This document shows, piece by piece, positions 24,774-37,919 of a DNA stretch of 64,000 bases (the stretch's first letter is position 1; each line of letters opens with the position of its first letter). Both the position numbers and the translations under genes were made by a program. The stretch is from Ranitomeya imitator (Eukaryota): NCBI RefSeq assembly GCF_032444005.1, contig NC_091283.1:178808001-178872000 (forward strand), read 5' to 3'. A model generated the notes under the pieces. It saw only the letters and a program-made list of their open reading frames with translations. It did no database searches and was not told the DNA's origin.

Positions 24774-26329
24774 GCTAGGTCCCAATTACTGTTTCTCATT
24801 TGTTCCAGAATTTCTTTGGATCACAGCATGATTTAGCTTTTGTGGATCTTTTCGTTTACTTTACTTTGTCAGGCAGGTTTTATTTAAGTGATTTCTTGAT
24901 TGAAAATGTGTGGCAGTAATCAGGCCTGGGTGTGGCTAGGGATTTTGAACTTTCCAAAGATGTGATAAACCACAGTTAATTTTTGTTTTAAGGGGGGGGG
25001 GGGGAGCAATCACCTTTTCACACAGGGCCCTGTAGGTTTGGATTTCTTTTTCCCTTAATATAGACCTTCATTTAAAAACTGCATTTTGTGTTTTCTTTGT
25101 CTAATGTTATCCGAATATCTTGGGCATGCTCCAATAATGTGTTTCAGTCCCTGCAGCTGCATGTTTTGTGACTGTTAGGCAGCCGCAGCACATGATGGGA
25201 TTGCCTATCAAACAGGCAAGCCCCGAATCATTCAGCCGCAAGTGCTCAAACATATTATTTGAGCGTGCCCAAACATATTATTTGAGCGTGCCCAAGATAC
25301 TCAGAAAACATGTCATCCAAGCAAGTTCACTTATCACTTATATATATAATTTATATTTAATAGACACTGGGAAAACATCCAATCCAATTGGCTCTTTACC
25401 CGCTGTTTCATTAGAAATGCTGTAATGATAAAATGATAGCTTCTGTGTGAATCTTAGCAGTTGTACTAATTGCAAGGCAATTTAGATGCAATGTGTTTAT
25501 ATGTATAAGCAGAGAACATTTCCTTTTTTATATGGTAGGTAATTTTTTGATTGTTCTTATACTAACGATTCTTGACACAAGCATGCAATTTCACATTAAT
25601 AGGTTTTAAGTCTTAGTTTCTCTGATTTTTCTTGTTGGTCACTTGGGTCCGGCGCCACTTACTGTTATTTAGTGATGACTTGTCATCTGGCACTGCACAT
25701 TGAATGGTGCTGTGTATACATCCAGCAGCCTTAACCAATTGATGTGGATCTCCATTATTTCATATTAAAGACCTATTCTAATGGTAGGTCATCAATATTG
25801 TCTGCCCCTTTTAAATGGGAACTGCACTTTCAGCCATCTATGAATAATAGTGCAATTGAATATAATACACTTGTAACATATCTTATCAGAAACATATGTT
25901 TTTTTTTTCTGTCCACTTATTAGCCACTTCTTCCGAACCTCCTGAATTTATTCTCCACTATGGGAGGAGAGAAAATTCTCAAGTGCACTGTTTTGGTGTC
26001 AAGTGTGAGGTGACAAGTGGAGTAAAAGAACAAGAAGAGGAAGGCACAGATCATGCTGAGCTTTCTAACAAGTCTATTACCTCACCCCAAAGATGGATCC
26101 ACATCTACACAGCTTAGTACTGCTGTGTAATGTCCTTCATGATGTTGTTGCTTTTGTCTGTGTGCTACTTAAGGAATGAATAGCAGTAATCCCTCTCTTA
26201 TGTGCTGTGTATGGGAGACATCATAGCAGCTAGTTTCATCCCACCAGCTCGGTGTCCATAGCCAATTAAGAGATGTAGCCGTCAGAGCAACCAACTGGTG
26301 AAAATGCAGGATACAAATCATACTCCAAT

Positions 26330-26905
26330 TCTAAACCCTGCTGCCTGACTAATCCACCTGTCCTCCTGCTATTCACCGGCCTCTCCCCTCTGTCAATCCC
26401 TGCACTGGCTCCCTATTACCTAGGGACTCCAGTTCAAAACCCTAACCATGGCATACAAAGCCATCCACAACCTGTTTCCTCCATACTTCTGTGAGCTCGT
26501 CTCCCAGTACTTTCCTGCATGCAACCTCTGATCCTCACAAGATCTCCTTCTCTTCTCCCCTCTTATCTCCTATTCCCACAGTCGAATACAAGATTTCTCC
26601 TGCACTCTGGAACCCTCTACCCCAATATATCAGACTCTCGCCTACTGTGGAAACTTTCAAAAAGAACCTGAAGACCTACCTCTTTCGACAAGCCTACAAC
26701 CTGCAGTAACGACCAATCCACCAAACCGCTGCATGACCAGCTCTTCCCTCATCTCGTGTCCTCAACCATCCCTTGTAGATTGTGAGCCTTTTGTGGGAGG
26801 GTCCTCTATCCTCCTGTACTTTTATTGTTTAAGATTACTGTACTCCTCTTTATTATGTACACGCCTTTTCACATGTAAAGCGCCATGGAATAAATTGCGC
26901 TATAA
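26330..26905 (+). mobile_element. L2-type LINE 3' fragment
   Basis: CACTGGCTCCC...FKKNLKTYLF coding remnant and 3' end TGTAAAGCGCCATGGAATAAA..GCGCTATAA. Confidence 0.75.
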
Positions 26906-27365
26906 TCTATAGAATTGTCTAAGGGGCACTTTCATCTATTTGTTTGTAACTTCCGTAACAGAAATCCTGGGTGGCTGATTGGTCGCGGCCGGCCGCGATA
27001 TTGGGGCGGGAGTTAAAGACTGCTTCACTTTTTACTATTGATGCTGCCTATGCAGCATCAATAGTAAAAACAGATAATGTTAAAAATAATAATAAAAAAA
27101 AACATTATATTCTCACCTTCCGGCGTCTGCGGCACCCTTTCCCGCTCCTCGCGACGCTCCGATCCCAAGAATGCATTGCGGCAATGACTCGAGATCATCT
27201 CGTGAGATGATGACGTGGGCTGTGTTATACACTACGTGGGCTGTGTTATACACTACGTGGGCTGTGTTATACACTACGTGGGCTGTTATATACTGCGTGG
27301 ACTGTGCTTTATACTACATACATATTCTAGAATACCTGATGCGTTAGAATCGGGCCACCATCTAG
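26906..27365 (+). mobile_element. Non-autonomous Helitron inserted in the L2 tail
   Basis: 5' TC and 3' CTAG between host A and T, no TSD. Internal 21-bp tandem repeat TGGGCTGTGTTATACACTACG near 27237-27310. Confidence 0.7.
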
Positions 27366-28619
27366 TAATAATATAATTGCCTGAAATATTGTTTTTCATC
27401 ACATACACATATGACAACTGAAAAGGTATTTAAAAGTTTAGTTACCCTTTACGTATGACATTGGAATTTATATAGGCTCTTGGATATTGATTGCAGTTAG
27501 AACTAACCCTGTAGAAAACCATTGTTTGCTTCTCTCATTCCCTAAAATAAGATAAATCCTGCCTTTGGAGTACATACAAGTCCAGGTCTGTCCCAAACTT
27601 TATACTCTAGCTTGCCTTACACTCTTCTTCAGCTGGTGGTTCCTCTTCATCAGCCTTCTGCCAGCATGATTGGTTCTATAATGCTTGCTTTCTTTTTCTT
27701 CTTAGCATGTGTTGCTACTGCCATTGTTCAAAGCCTTGCCTACCCTGAACTGAAACACTGTCCATGTTATTCCTAAGTCTAATTGCATAGGAGCAGAGAA
27801 AAAGACCCCACCGCCCCCCCCACTTCCTGTAAAGACAGCCCCGCCCCCACTTCCTCTAAAGAGAAAGCTCCGCCCCCACTTCCTGTCATTTATATCCATA
27901 TCTCAGCTGCTTTTTTTTCCTTTTTTTAGACATCTAAAATATTTTTGTGCACTGTGGGAGCTTTAATGGTGGTCCTAGGTTCCCCATGTGCTCTGTTTAT
28001 AACCGTGTGAACTGCATTGGGCGTTGACTTTGATTTCCTTTTTTCCAGCGTCTTGTCTTGCTTTTACATCAGTAAATCACTTGTACCGTTTTCCTGGCTT
28101 TTCCTCCCCAATTTGACAGTCACAATAGAGATGGGCCGTTTTTGGCTGAATTTCCATCAGTCTGCAGCTTCCCTACTTGCGGATCGAAACCTTTATGGTG
28201 TTCTGCATTGTAGACATTAATGGGATTGCCTTGAGGGTATCTGACTATTGTCAGCTGTGTCCTGCTCTGATGTGACACAGGTTGGCTGCCATGCTCTGGA
28301 TGGCAATTTGCACTTTCTATTAGAAATTCCGCTTTTAGCCATGAATTGGCAGAATTACACAGTATCACAGCCATCTGCTGGGAGTACTTTTATACAGCAC
28401 TCTGACTCCTGCCGGGCATGGAGGAACCTCCCGCTGCTCACCAGAAGCCTCTGCCTTTCACTTCACAGGGATTTTCTTTAAATAGATAGTGTTTATTTAA
28501 TTAATCTTGTAAAGAAAATTATTACATAATTCCCTCTTTTTTACATGGTGGATTTAGCATAAGAAAACACCCCTTTTTCAGGACTAGTCATGCTTGTACT
28601 TGGTAATAATATTAAATAG

Positions 28620-29360
28620 ATAATAATAATAATCTTTATTTTGATATAGTAATATAGTAATGAAACCTATTTGGGTGGGACGCACATGTATTCCATTTTT
28701 AATTGTTCCCCCTCCTTCATGCAACCTGTGTTATTGGTATATACACAGCTAACAGTGACCAACTAGTAAAGAGAGGAGAGAGCGGCTTACGGGATAAGGG
28801 GGAAGGAGACAATAAGTTTAGGTGGTGGGGGGTTGTGTCATCCCCGGTAGTGGTGAGGTGGCAGGGGAACACTACAGGCTTTCTTGAAGAGATGGGTTTT
28901 CAAGTGCCATCTGAAAGTTCTGAATGTCGTTGATAATCTGATGTGTTGGGGCACAAAATTCCAGAGGATGAGGGACACCCGGGAGAAGTTTTGGCAACGA
29001 TTGGAGTGTGGAGGAGAGAAAAATGTCTTGGGAGGAGTGGAGATTGTGTTGGAAGATAACGGGAGATTAGTTTGTAGATACTATATATGCAGGAGACATA
29101 TTTTGGATGGCTTTGTATGTCAGTGTTATTAGTTTGTACCGGATGTGTTGGGGAATTGGGAGATAATGAAAATATTTTCAGAGGGGAGAATCGGAGGAGT
29201 AGCGTGGAGAGAGGTGGATTATTCGGGCAGCGGAGTAAATGACGGACTGGAGAGGTGCCAGAGTGTTAGCAGGAAGGCTACAGATGGGGATATTGAAGTA
29301 CAATGGCACACACTAACATTTTAGTAAATTCAGGGTTGAGAAAAGGATGGATTCTGGAAG
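28620..29360 (-). mobile_element. Decayed L2-type LINE fragment
   Basis: (TAA)n-CTTTATT tail and purine-rich reverse-complement L2 C-terminal sequence similar to 59960-60250. Confidence 0.55.
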
Positions 29361-30199
29361 TTGCTGTGATGTCTTCCATACACAGCAACACACTCAAAAG
29401 CGATTCCTCCTCTCATGCTTCTATACAGCACATGCCCAGGAACAGCAACAGCAACATGGAGGACATTTTACCGTAATGCTGAGAAATGTTGCTGTGAATC
29501 CAGCATTGGCGTGAAATAAAAACACTTACTAGAAAGCATCATCTTTGTGCATTTCCTTTCTTCCACTGCTTTTCCCTTCTACATAGACTGTACGTAGGCA
29601 GCTGTAATCTGATCCTGCAGTAATTTTTTTTTGTTTGTTTTAACTCCTTCATGACCCAGCCTATTTTGACCTTAAAGACCTTGCCGTTTTTTGCAATTCT
29701 GACCAGTGTCCCTTTATGAGGTAATAACTCAGGAACGCTTCAACGGATCCTAGCGGTTCTGAGATTGTTTTTTCGTGACATATTGGGCTTCATGTTAGTG
29801 GTAAATTTAGGTCAATAAATTCTGCGTTTATTTGTGATAAAAACGGAAATTTGGCGAAAATTTTGAAAATTTTGCAATTTTCACAATTTGAATTTTTATT
29901 CTGTTAAACCAGAGAGATATGTGACACAAAATAGTTAATAAATAACATTTCCCACATGTTTACTTTACATCAGCACAATTTTGGAAACAAAATTTTTTTT
30001 TGTTAGGAAGTTATAAGGGTTAAAATTTGACCAGCGATTTGTCATTTTTACAACGAAATTTACAAAACCATTTTTTTTTAGGGACCACCTCACATTTGAA
30101 GTCAGTTTGAGGGGTCTATATGGCTGAAAATACCCAAAAGTGACACCATTCTAAAAACTGCACCCCTCAAGGTACTCAAAACCACATTCAAGAAGTTTA

Positions 30200-32470
30200 T
30201 TAACCCTTCAGGTGCTTCACAGCAGCAAAAGCAACATGGAAGGAAAAAATGAACATTTAACTTTTTAGTCACAAAAATTATCTTTTAGCAACAATTTTTT
30301 TATTTTCCCAATGGTAAAAGGAGAAACTGAACCACGAAAGTTGTTGTCCAATTTGTCCTGAGTACGCTGATACCTTATATGTGGGGGTAAACCACTGTTT
30401 GGGCGCACGGCAGGGCTTGGAAGGGAAGGAGCGCCATTTGACTTTTTGAATAAAAAATTGGCTCCACTCTTTAGCGGACACCATGTCGCGTTTGGATAGC
30501 TCCTGTGTGCCTAAACATTGGCGCTCCCCCACAAGTGACCCCATTTTGGAAACTAGACCCCCCAAGGAACTTATTTAGATGCCTAGTGAGCACTTTAAAC
30601 CCTCAGGTGCTTCACAAATTGATCCGTAAAAATGAAAAAGTACTTTTTTTTCACAAAAAAATTATTTTCGCCTCAATTTTTTCATTTTCACATGGGCAGT
30701 AGGATAAAATGGATCATAAAATTTGTTGGGCAATTTCTCCCGAGTACGCCGATACCTCATATGTGGGGGTAAACCACTGTTTGGGCACTCGGCAGGGCTC
30801 GGAAGGGAAGGCGCGCCATTTGACTTTTTGAATGGAAAATTAGCTCCAATTGTTAGCGGACACCATGTCGCGTTTGGAGAGCCCCTGTGTGCCTAAACAT
30901 TGGAGCTCCCCCACAAGTGACCCCATTTTGGAAACTAGACCAACCAGGAACTTATCTAAATGCATATTGAGCACTTTAAACCCCCAGGTGCTTCACAGAA
31001 GTTTATAACGCAGAGCCATGAAAATAAAAAATAATTTTTCTTTCCTCAAAAATGATTTTTTAGCCTGGAATTTCCTATTTTGCCAAGGATAATAGGAGAA
31101 ATTGGACCCCAAGTATTGTTGTCCAGTTTGTCCTGAGTATGCTGATACCCCATATGAGGGGGTAAACCACTGTTTGGGCGCACGGCAGGGCTCGGAAGGG
31201 ATGGCACGCCATTTGGCTTTTTAAATGGAAAATTAGCTCCAATCATTAGCGGACACCATGTCACGTTTGGAGAGCCCCTGTGTGCCTAAACATTGGAGAT
31301 CCCCCAGAAATGACACCATTTTGGAAACTAGACCCCCAAAGGAACTAATCTAGATGTGTGGTGAGGACTTTGAACCCCCAAGTGCGTCACAGAAGTTTAT
31401 AACGCAGAGCCATGAAAATAAAAAAAAAAATTATTTTCTCAAAAATGATCTTTTAGCCTGCAATTTTTTGTTTTCCCAAGGGTAACAGGAGAAATTTGAC
31501 CCCAAAAGTTGTTGTCCAGTTTCTCCTGAGTACGCTGATACCCCATATGTGGGGGTAAACCACTGTTTGGGCACATGCCGAGGCTCGGAAGTGAAGTAGT
31601 GACGTTTTGAAATGCAGACTTTGATGGAATGCTCTGTGGGCGTCACGTTGCGTTTGCAGAGCCCCTGATGTGGCTTAACAGTAGAAACCCCCCACAAGTG
31701 ACCCCATTTTGGAAACTAGACCCCGAAAGGAACTTATCTAGATGTGTGGTGAGCACTTTGAACCCCCAAGCGCTTCATAGAAGTTTATAATGCAGAGCCG
31801 TGAAAATAATAAATACGTTTTCTTTCCTCAAAAATAATTATTTAGCCCAGAATTTTTTATTTTCCCAAGGGTTACAGGAGAAATTGGACCACAAAAGTTG
31901 TTGTCCAGTTTCTCCTGAATACGCTGATACCCCATGAGTGGGGGTAAACCACTGTTTGGGCACACGTCGGGGCTCAGAAGGGAAGTAGTGACTTTTGAAA
32001 TGCAGACTTTGATGGAATGGTCTACGGGTGTCACGTTGCGTTTGCAGAGCCCCTGGTGTGCCTAAACAGTAGAAACCCCCACAAGTGACCCCATTTTAGA
32101 AACTAGACCCCCCAAGGAACTTATCTAGATATGTGGTGAGCACTTTGAACCCCCAAGTGCTTCACAGACGTTTACAACGCAGAGCCGTGAAAATAAAAAA
32201 TCATTTTTCTTTCCTCAAAAATTATGTTTTAGCAAGCATTTTTTTAGATTCACAAGGGTAACAGGAGAAATTGGACCCCAGTAATTGTTGCGCAGTTTGT
32301 CCTGAGTATGCTGGTACCCCATATGTGGGGGTAAACCACTGTTTGGGCACACGTCGGGGCTCAGAAGTGAGGGAGCACCATTTGACTTTTTGAATACGAG
32401 ATTGGCTGGAATCAATGGTGGCGCCATGTTGCGTTTGGAGACCCCTGATGTGCCTAAACAGTGGTAACCC
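30200..32470. repeat. Internal satellite, about six diverged units of 382-393 bp
   Basis: Anchor GGGGTAAACCACTGTTTGGG recurs at about 30388, 30770, 31163, 31556, 31945 and 32332. Confidence 0.92.
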
Positions 32471-32484
32471 CTCAATTCTACCTC

Positions 32485-32634
32485 CAACACTAACCCCAAC
32501 ACACCCCTAACTCTAATCCCAACTGTAGCCATAACCCTAATCACAACCCTAACCGCAACACACCCCTAACCACAACCCTAACCCCAACACACCCCTAACC
32601 CTAACCACAACCCTAATTCCAACCCTAACCCTAA
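32485..32634. repeat. Degenerate telomere-like (CCCTAA)n tract
   Basis: CCCTAA interspersed with CCCCAA, CACAA and ACACCCCTAA variants. Confidence 0.85.
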
Positions 32635-32978
32635 GGCTATGTGCCCACGTTGCGGATTCGTGTGAGATATTTCCGCACCATTTTTGAAAAATCCGCGGGT
32701 AAAAGGCACTGCGTTTTACCTGCGGATTTTCCGCGGATTTCCAGTGTTTTTTGTGCGGATTTCACCTGCGGATTCCTATTGAGGAACAGGTGTAAAACGC
32801 TGCGGAATCCGCACAAAGAATTGACATGCTGCGGAAAATACAACGCAGCGTTTCCGCGCGGTATTTTCCGCACCATGGGCACAGCGGATTTGGTTTTTCA
32901 TATGTTTACATGGTACTGTAAACCTGATGGAACACTGCTGCGAATCCGCAGCCAAATCCGCACCGTCTGCACATAGCC
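32635..32978. mobile_element. Harbinger-type MITE
   Basis: GGCTATGTGC...GCACATAGCC with TAA/TAA TSD. Confidence 0.8.
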
Positions 32979-32988
32979 TAATTCTAAA

Positions 32989-33320
32989 GGTATGTGCACA
33001 CGCTGCGGAAAACGCTGCGGATCCGCAGCAGTTTCCCATGAGTTTACAGTTCAATGTAAACCTACGGGAAACAAAAATCGCTGTACACATGCTGCGGAAA
33101 AACTGCACGGAAACGCAGCGGTTTACATTCCGCAGCATGTCACTTCTTTTGTGCGGATTCCGCAGCGGTTTTACAACTGCTCCAATAGAAAATCGCAGTT
33201 GTAAAACCGCAGTGAAATGCGCAGAAAAAAACGCGGTAAATCCGCCATAAATCCGCAGCGGTTTAGCACTGCGGATTTATCAAATCCACAGCAGAAAAAT
33301 CCGCAGAGGACCAGAATACG
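32989..33320. mobile_element. Second related MITE running into the N gap
   Basis: Starts GGTATGTGCACACGCTGCGG and is rich in GCGGA/TCCGC like its neighbour. Confidence 0.6.
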
Positions 33321-35641
33321 NNNNNNNNNNNNNNNNNNNNNNNNNNNNNNNNNNNNNNNNNNNNNNNNNNNNNNNNNNNNNNNNNNNNNNNNNNNNNNNN
33401 NNNNNNNNNNNNNNNNNNNNNNNNNNNNNNNNNNNNNNNNNNNNNNNNNNNNNNNNNNNNNNNNNNNNNNNNNNNNNNNNNNNNNNNNNNNNNNNNNNNN
33501 NNNNNNNNNNNNNNNNNNNNNNNNNNNNNNNNNNNNNNNNNNNNNNNNNNNNNNNNNNNGGAAAAAAAAAATTTCTTTATTTTTTTATTGTCCCTACCTA
33601 TGGGGGTGACAAAGGGGGGGGGGGGGGGTCATTTATTATTTTTTTTATTTTGATCACTGAGATAGGTTATATCTCAGTGATCAATCTGTGATCAAAATGC
33701 ACTTTGGAACGAATCTGCCGGCCGGCAGATTCGGCGGGCGCACTGCACATGCGCCCGCCATTTTGGAAAATGGCGGCGCCCAGGGAGAAGACGGACGGGA
33801 CCCCGGCTGGATCGGTAAGTATGATGGGGTGGGGGGGGGGGATCGGCCATGGCTGGATTGTAATATTTCACCCGTTATAATAGGTGAAATATTACAAATC
33901 GCTCTGATTGGCAGTTTCACTTTCAGCAGCCAATCAGAGCGATCGTAGCCACGAGGGGGTGAAGCCACCCCCCCTGGGCTAAACTACCACTCCCCCTGTC
34001 CCTGCAGATCGGGTGAAATGGGAGTTAACCCTTTCACCCGATCTGCAGGGACGCGATCTTTCCATGACGCCGCATAGGCGTCATGGGTCGGAATGGCACC
34101 GACTTTCATGACGCCTACGTGGCGTCATGGGTCGGGAAGGGGTTAATAAAGTGAATGATGAGTACAGGAGGCAGGTGGAAGGAGAAGCCGGTCATAAGTG
34201 GAGAAAGAAGCAGATTTTGTACGCAAATTTTGTTGAATTGACAGTGACCAAACCCAATCCCATTGATAATGTGTGCAAACTGTAAAGCGCTGCGGAATAT
34301 GTTAGCGCTATATAAAAATAAAGATTATTGTTTAATGGGAATGTCCTTTTTATGAGAAATGGGAGGACATGCAAGTAATACTTGGTTTTGTGCCACTTAT
34401 CTTGGGGGGGCTACTGAGGTCAGTAATTGTCTACGGTAGTCACATGTTGCAGATGGGACATTTCCACAATGTAAACCATGTAAAAATGCAGGTTCATTGC
34501 CATGAATCTCTACATGGATAGAGATTAAAGAAACACTGTGGGGCAAGACATTCTTGTTTCTCTGTCATGAAGGATGAAATCAAAGAGAAAATTCCCGTGT
34601 CATACACTGACCCCTGAGGGCCTTCAGAAAACACTGTCACTGTACAACCACACGTGATGGAAAATGCTTATTTTGTTGCAGACTTCACTGCATTGCAAAT
34701 AGTAAAATCCCTTGAGAAAATCTGCAGAATGAATTGATATTGCTTTCAGATCCACTGCAGCTCAATTTACGCACTGGAAGTTTTCCTTCAAGAGTGCATG
34801 GAAGTTGTTAAAATTGTATCCAATTTACTTTTTTTGTTTTTTGTTTTTTTTTTACATTCAAAGAACCCAGTGCAGCATATACGCTACCTGTGAACATACC
34901 GTAACCCATTAATATTTGCATGTAAATTACACCTCAACCGCAAATCCACTCACAGGGAACGCAATTTACTAAGCTTGTAAAACGCAGAAAACCTCTAAAA
35001 TGTCAATAGACTCCAAGGTGACGACTATAACCAAAGGAAGAATGTTTGTAGCAGAGAGGCGGTAACTCTGGATATGTTGTGTCTGTTGGGGATGGTTGGT
35101 TTTACAAGGCCAACTTCTAGAAAGTCATTTCACTTTTAGCTCAGTGGGGAGTTGAGATTAATAGGAAACAATGTTGTTGGGGATTGGAAGAAAGGTAATG
35201 TAGGCTTTCCTCACACCCCCGACTCATCTCCTCCAGGAACTTTCCTACACAAGACCAAATCTGTAACTATGTGAAATTTAAGCTTGTCATTTACTCAAAG
35301 TGAAAGAAATTGCAGGGTAGAGATGTCTGTTACGCTACATTCTTCAGCCGATACAGGAAACCAAGGTCCTCTGAGCATTTATTTTTTATTTTTTGTCGAA
35401 GGGAGCTTTGGTTGTTTGGAATAGATACTTTTTCTCAAAATGACAGTCAAGAAGAAATAGGCTTTTTTATGGTTAGGCTTGGAGGCACTTTAAATGGGTT
35501 GAACATCTATTACCTGTCTATGTTTGAGTGCCCAGTGATCAGAGATTTATCACCTATCACTATGACAGGAGTCCTGCATCATCCACTGTCTGAGGATCAT
35601 GGGCCTAACTATTGAAGTGGAGCTACAGAAATAGCTGAAGA

Positions 35642-36217
35642 ACCAAAAACAGCACAGCGAGGTCAAAAATACTCTGTTGTAAAGAAGTCACAGTAAATGA
35701 GCAAGTGCTAGTCAAAAAATGAAAAAAGTACAGGGTATTTAGTTAATACGTTTTTTTGCAAAAAAAAATGTACGTTAAGCTGCTCCGCCAATTGCCAAGG
35801 TATACCCATAATAGAGCAGTCCTAACTAATGTATATAATCCCTATCTGATGTATTTAAAAACCTGATCATCTGTATAGTACCTGTATAAGCAGGGTTCAG
35901 AGAGAAAATATCCATGTGGACATGCAGGATGGAACAGCTTTAGTGCAAATGGCCTACAGAGGAGTGGTGGACTCCCCAGTCTTGTAGAAACAAGAGAACA
36001 ATTATAGAACCAAAAACACATGGGCTACTTGCACAGTGAACAAGCCTGTAGAAACCTGTTCACACCACCAAGAAATTTGAAGACACAAAAAGAGCACAAA
36101 AAAACATTAACTAAATACCCTGTACTTTTTTCATTTTTTGACTAGCACTTGCTCATTTACTGTGACTTCTTTACAACAGAGTATTTTTGACCTCGCTGTG
36201 CTCTTTTTGTGTCTTCA
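35642..36217. mobile_element. Short fold-back insertion C (15-bp TSD), probably Penelope-like
   Basis: TSD AGAAATAGCTGAAGA at 35627-35641 and 36218-36232. 97-bp inverted arms at 35651-35747 / 36106-36202, plus a second inverted pair at 36080-36098 / 36198-36216. Confidence 0.65.
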
Positions 36218-37919
36218 AGAAATAGCTGAAGAGCAGCTGATGTACATTGTTTCCATATCTCCCATTAGTTTCTATGGGAGCCTCACCGTAGCTCGGCCGC
36301 TTTTGACTGTTTCCGTTGATCCAACTCCATGGTGGGGGCTGGATGTTCCTGTTTCAACCATGAAGGACTGAAATGGGACTATCCCTATAAATGAATTAGC
36401 CCCACATATCCCAGCTGATAGGTGACAAATGCCCATTGTGGAAAGACCAAACTTGAGCATCAACCTTGGACCATTGCTTGTAGATCTTACCGTTTTTTTC
36501 ATTCTCTTATGACTAGAATATCACTTTGCACAGATTAACCAATATGGATGTCAAGAGTTTTTCTACTGCATTTATCTGTAAATCTTAAAGAAAATGTAGT
36601 TCCTGCAGATATGTATGTTATTTGCATGTGACCATGCGAATACGCTGTAATTGCCTTCTTGCATGTTCTAGAAATGATGCCACTCATGTCAGTGGGTTGT
36701 GTTAGTATTTTTGCTCAGACCTATTCGAGTGATATGTTCCTTAGCTATTTTTTATTTTAGGAAAGAAGCCCATTTTTCCTGTCTGATGTAAAGGACCCCT
36801 AGAAATAAGCTGCAATATAGTCACTCAGCTACTCGCTTTCCCAGCTCTACTGCTGGTACAATGAGTCCATTGTTAGCAGCTATATAGAAACTATAAACTC
36901 AGAAATGAATGAGCGTGAACACAAGAAAGATAGAGCACTGATAGCACCTGCAGACTGACATATAGCCATGGAGTTAAAGGACTTGTCCACCTTAGAAACC
37001 CATTTTATATACCCTATTAAGTAATTCTGAGTTTATAGAGGGCATAGGAGTCTCCTGTTTAGAATCTTCATTTCTTGACCGGAGAAGAGCGCTGTTACAA
37101 AAGAACATCTCTCGCTCTCCAGGACCTGTCCCGTCCTGCAACACAGACAATCCTTTCATAATAATGGGCACAGTATAATACCTTACGTTACCTCTCCCTG
37201 TGGGGTCGCTGCCAGAAAATTGAACAGGTGCTGCCAGCTTTCTCCATACATAACAGCTGATAACTGGGATTCCAGCATGGGGACACTTTGTGATCCACCT
37301 GTTATCAAGGGACCCTTCTAACTTTATTTTTGCTCTCACAGGCTGATGGCTAAATGGGGCAAAGTTTCACAGGGCACAGTTTATAGCTTTACCACACCTG
37401 GTCTCCTGGTGGAGAAATTGTAGTGGAGAATGGCTTCTGCTGAAGCTTCTTGCATAATGGCCGGAATCAGGTCTAAACTGAATTATGGTATATGTGTTTT
37501 CTGAAGAACGTTGCATTTTTTTTTTAGCTGCGTTTTTTATGCAGAAAAAGTGCAGCATTTTAAAGTAACAGTAAAATAAACATTTCTAAAATCTTATTAG
37601 CATGGTGCTTTTTTCCTTTAATTTGATTTGTGTTGCATTTTATAGAAAAGGGCAACAAGTCAATTCTTTCAGCATTTCTTCACATTGAGATTTAAACAGG
37701 TTACGGTAGTTACAACAATTGATCTAAAAGCACATAAATAACAAAAGCTAATAAAAGTTGAAGACATTTCTGCTATGGTTTTCTGGTCATAGTGTGCATT
37801 TTTCATGGCGAATAATATGCACCAAAAACTTAGTGTGAGCATACCCTTATATAGAAGTAGAAAGGAAGGATGATGGATGAAGGATAAGTAAGTGCACAAC
37901 GAGAGGGAGGGAGGGAGGG

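Larger units (their letters stand above)
22615..25100 (-). mobile_element. Tc1 remnant hosting two nested solo LTRs
   Basis: Colinear with 4254-5200 (CCAGGTCCTGAAGC...CAAAAGTCTTGGGGATCATCAAGATG...). Sequence resumes after 24778. Confidence 0.85.
29644..34142. mobile_element. Composite non-autonomous piggyBac-like element
   Basis: TTAA at 29640-29643 and 34143-34146, imperfect TIR CTCCTTCATGACCC / GGGTCGGGAAGGGG. The left ~600 bp is homologous to 63000 onward. Contains a satellite, telomere-like repeats, MITEs and an N gap, so continuity across the gap is assumed. Confidence 0.7.

Noticed and set aside
32637-33250. Cluster of overlapping ORFs on both strands
   Set aside because: GC-rich palindromic MITE sequence that is poor in stop codons, with no domain motifs. 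The same applies at 18333-19103, 19966-20529, 41857-42201, 55217-55671 and 62281-62698.
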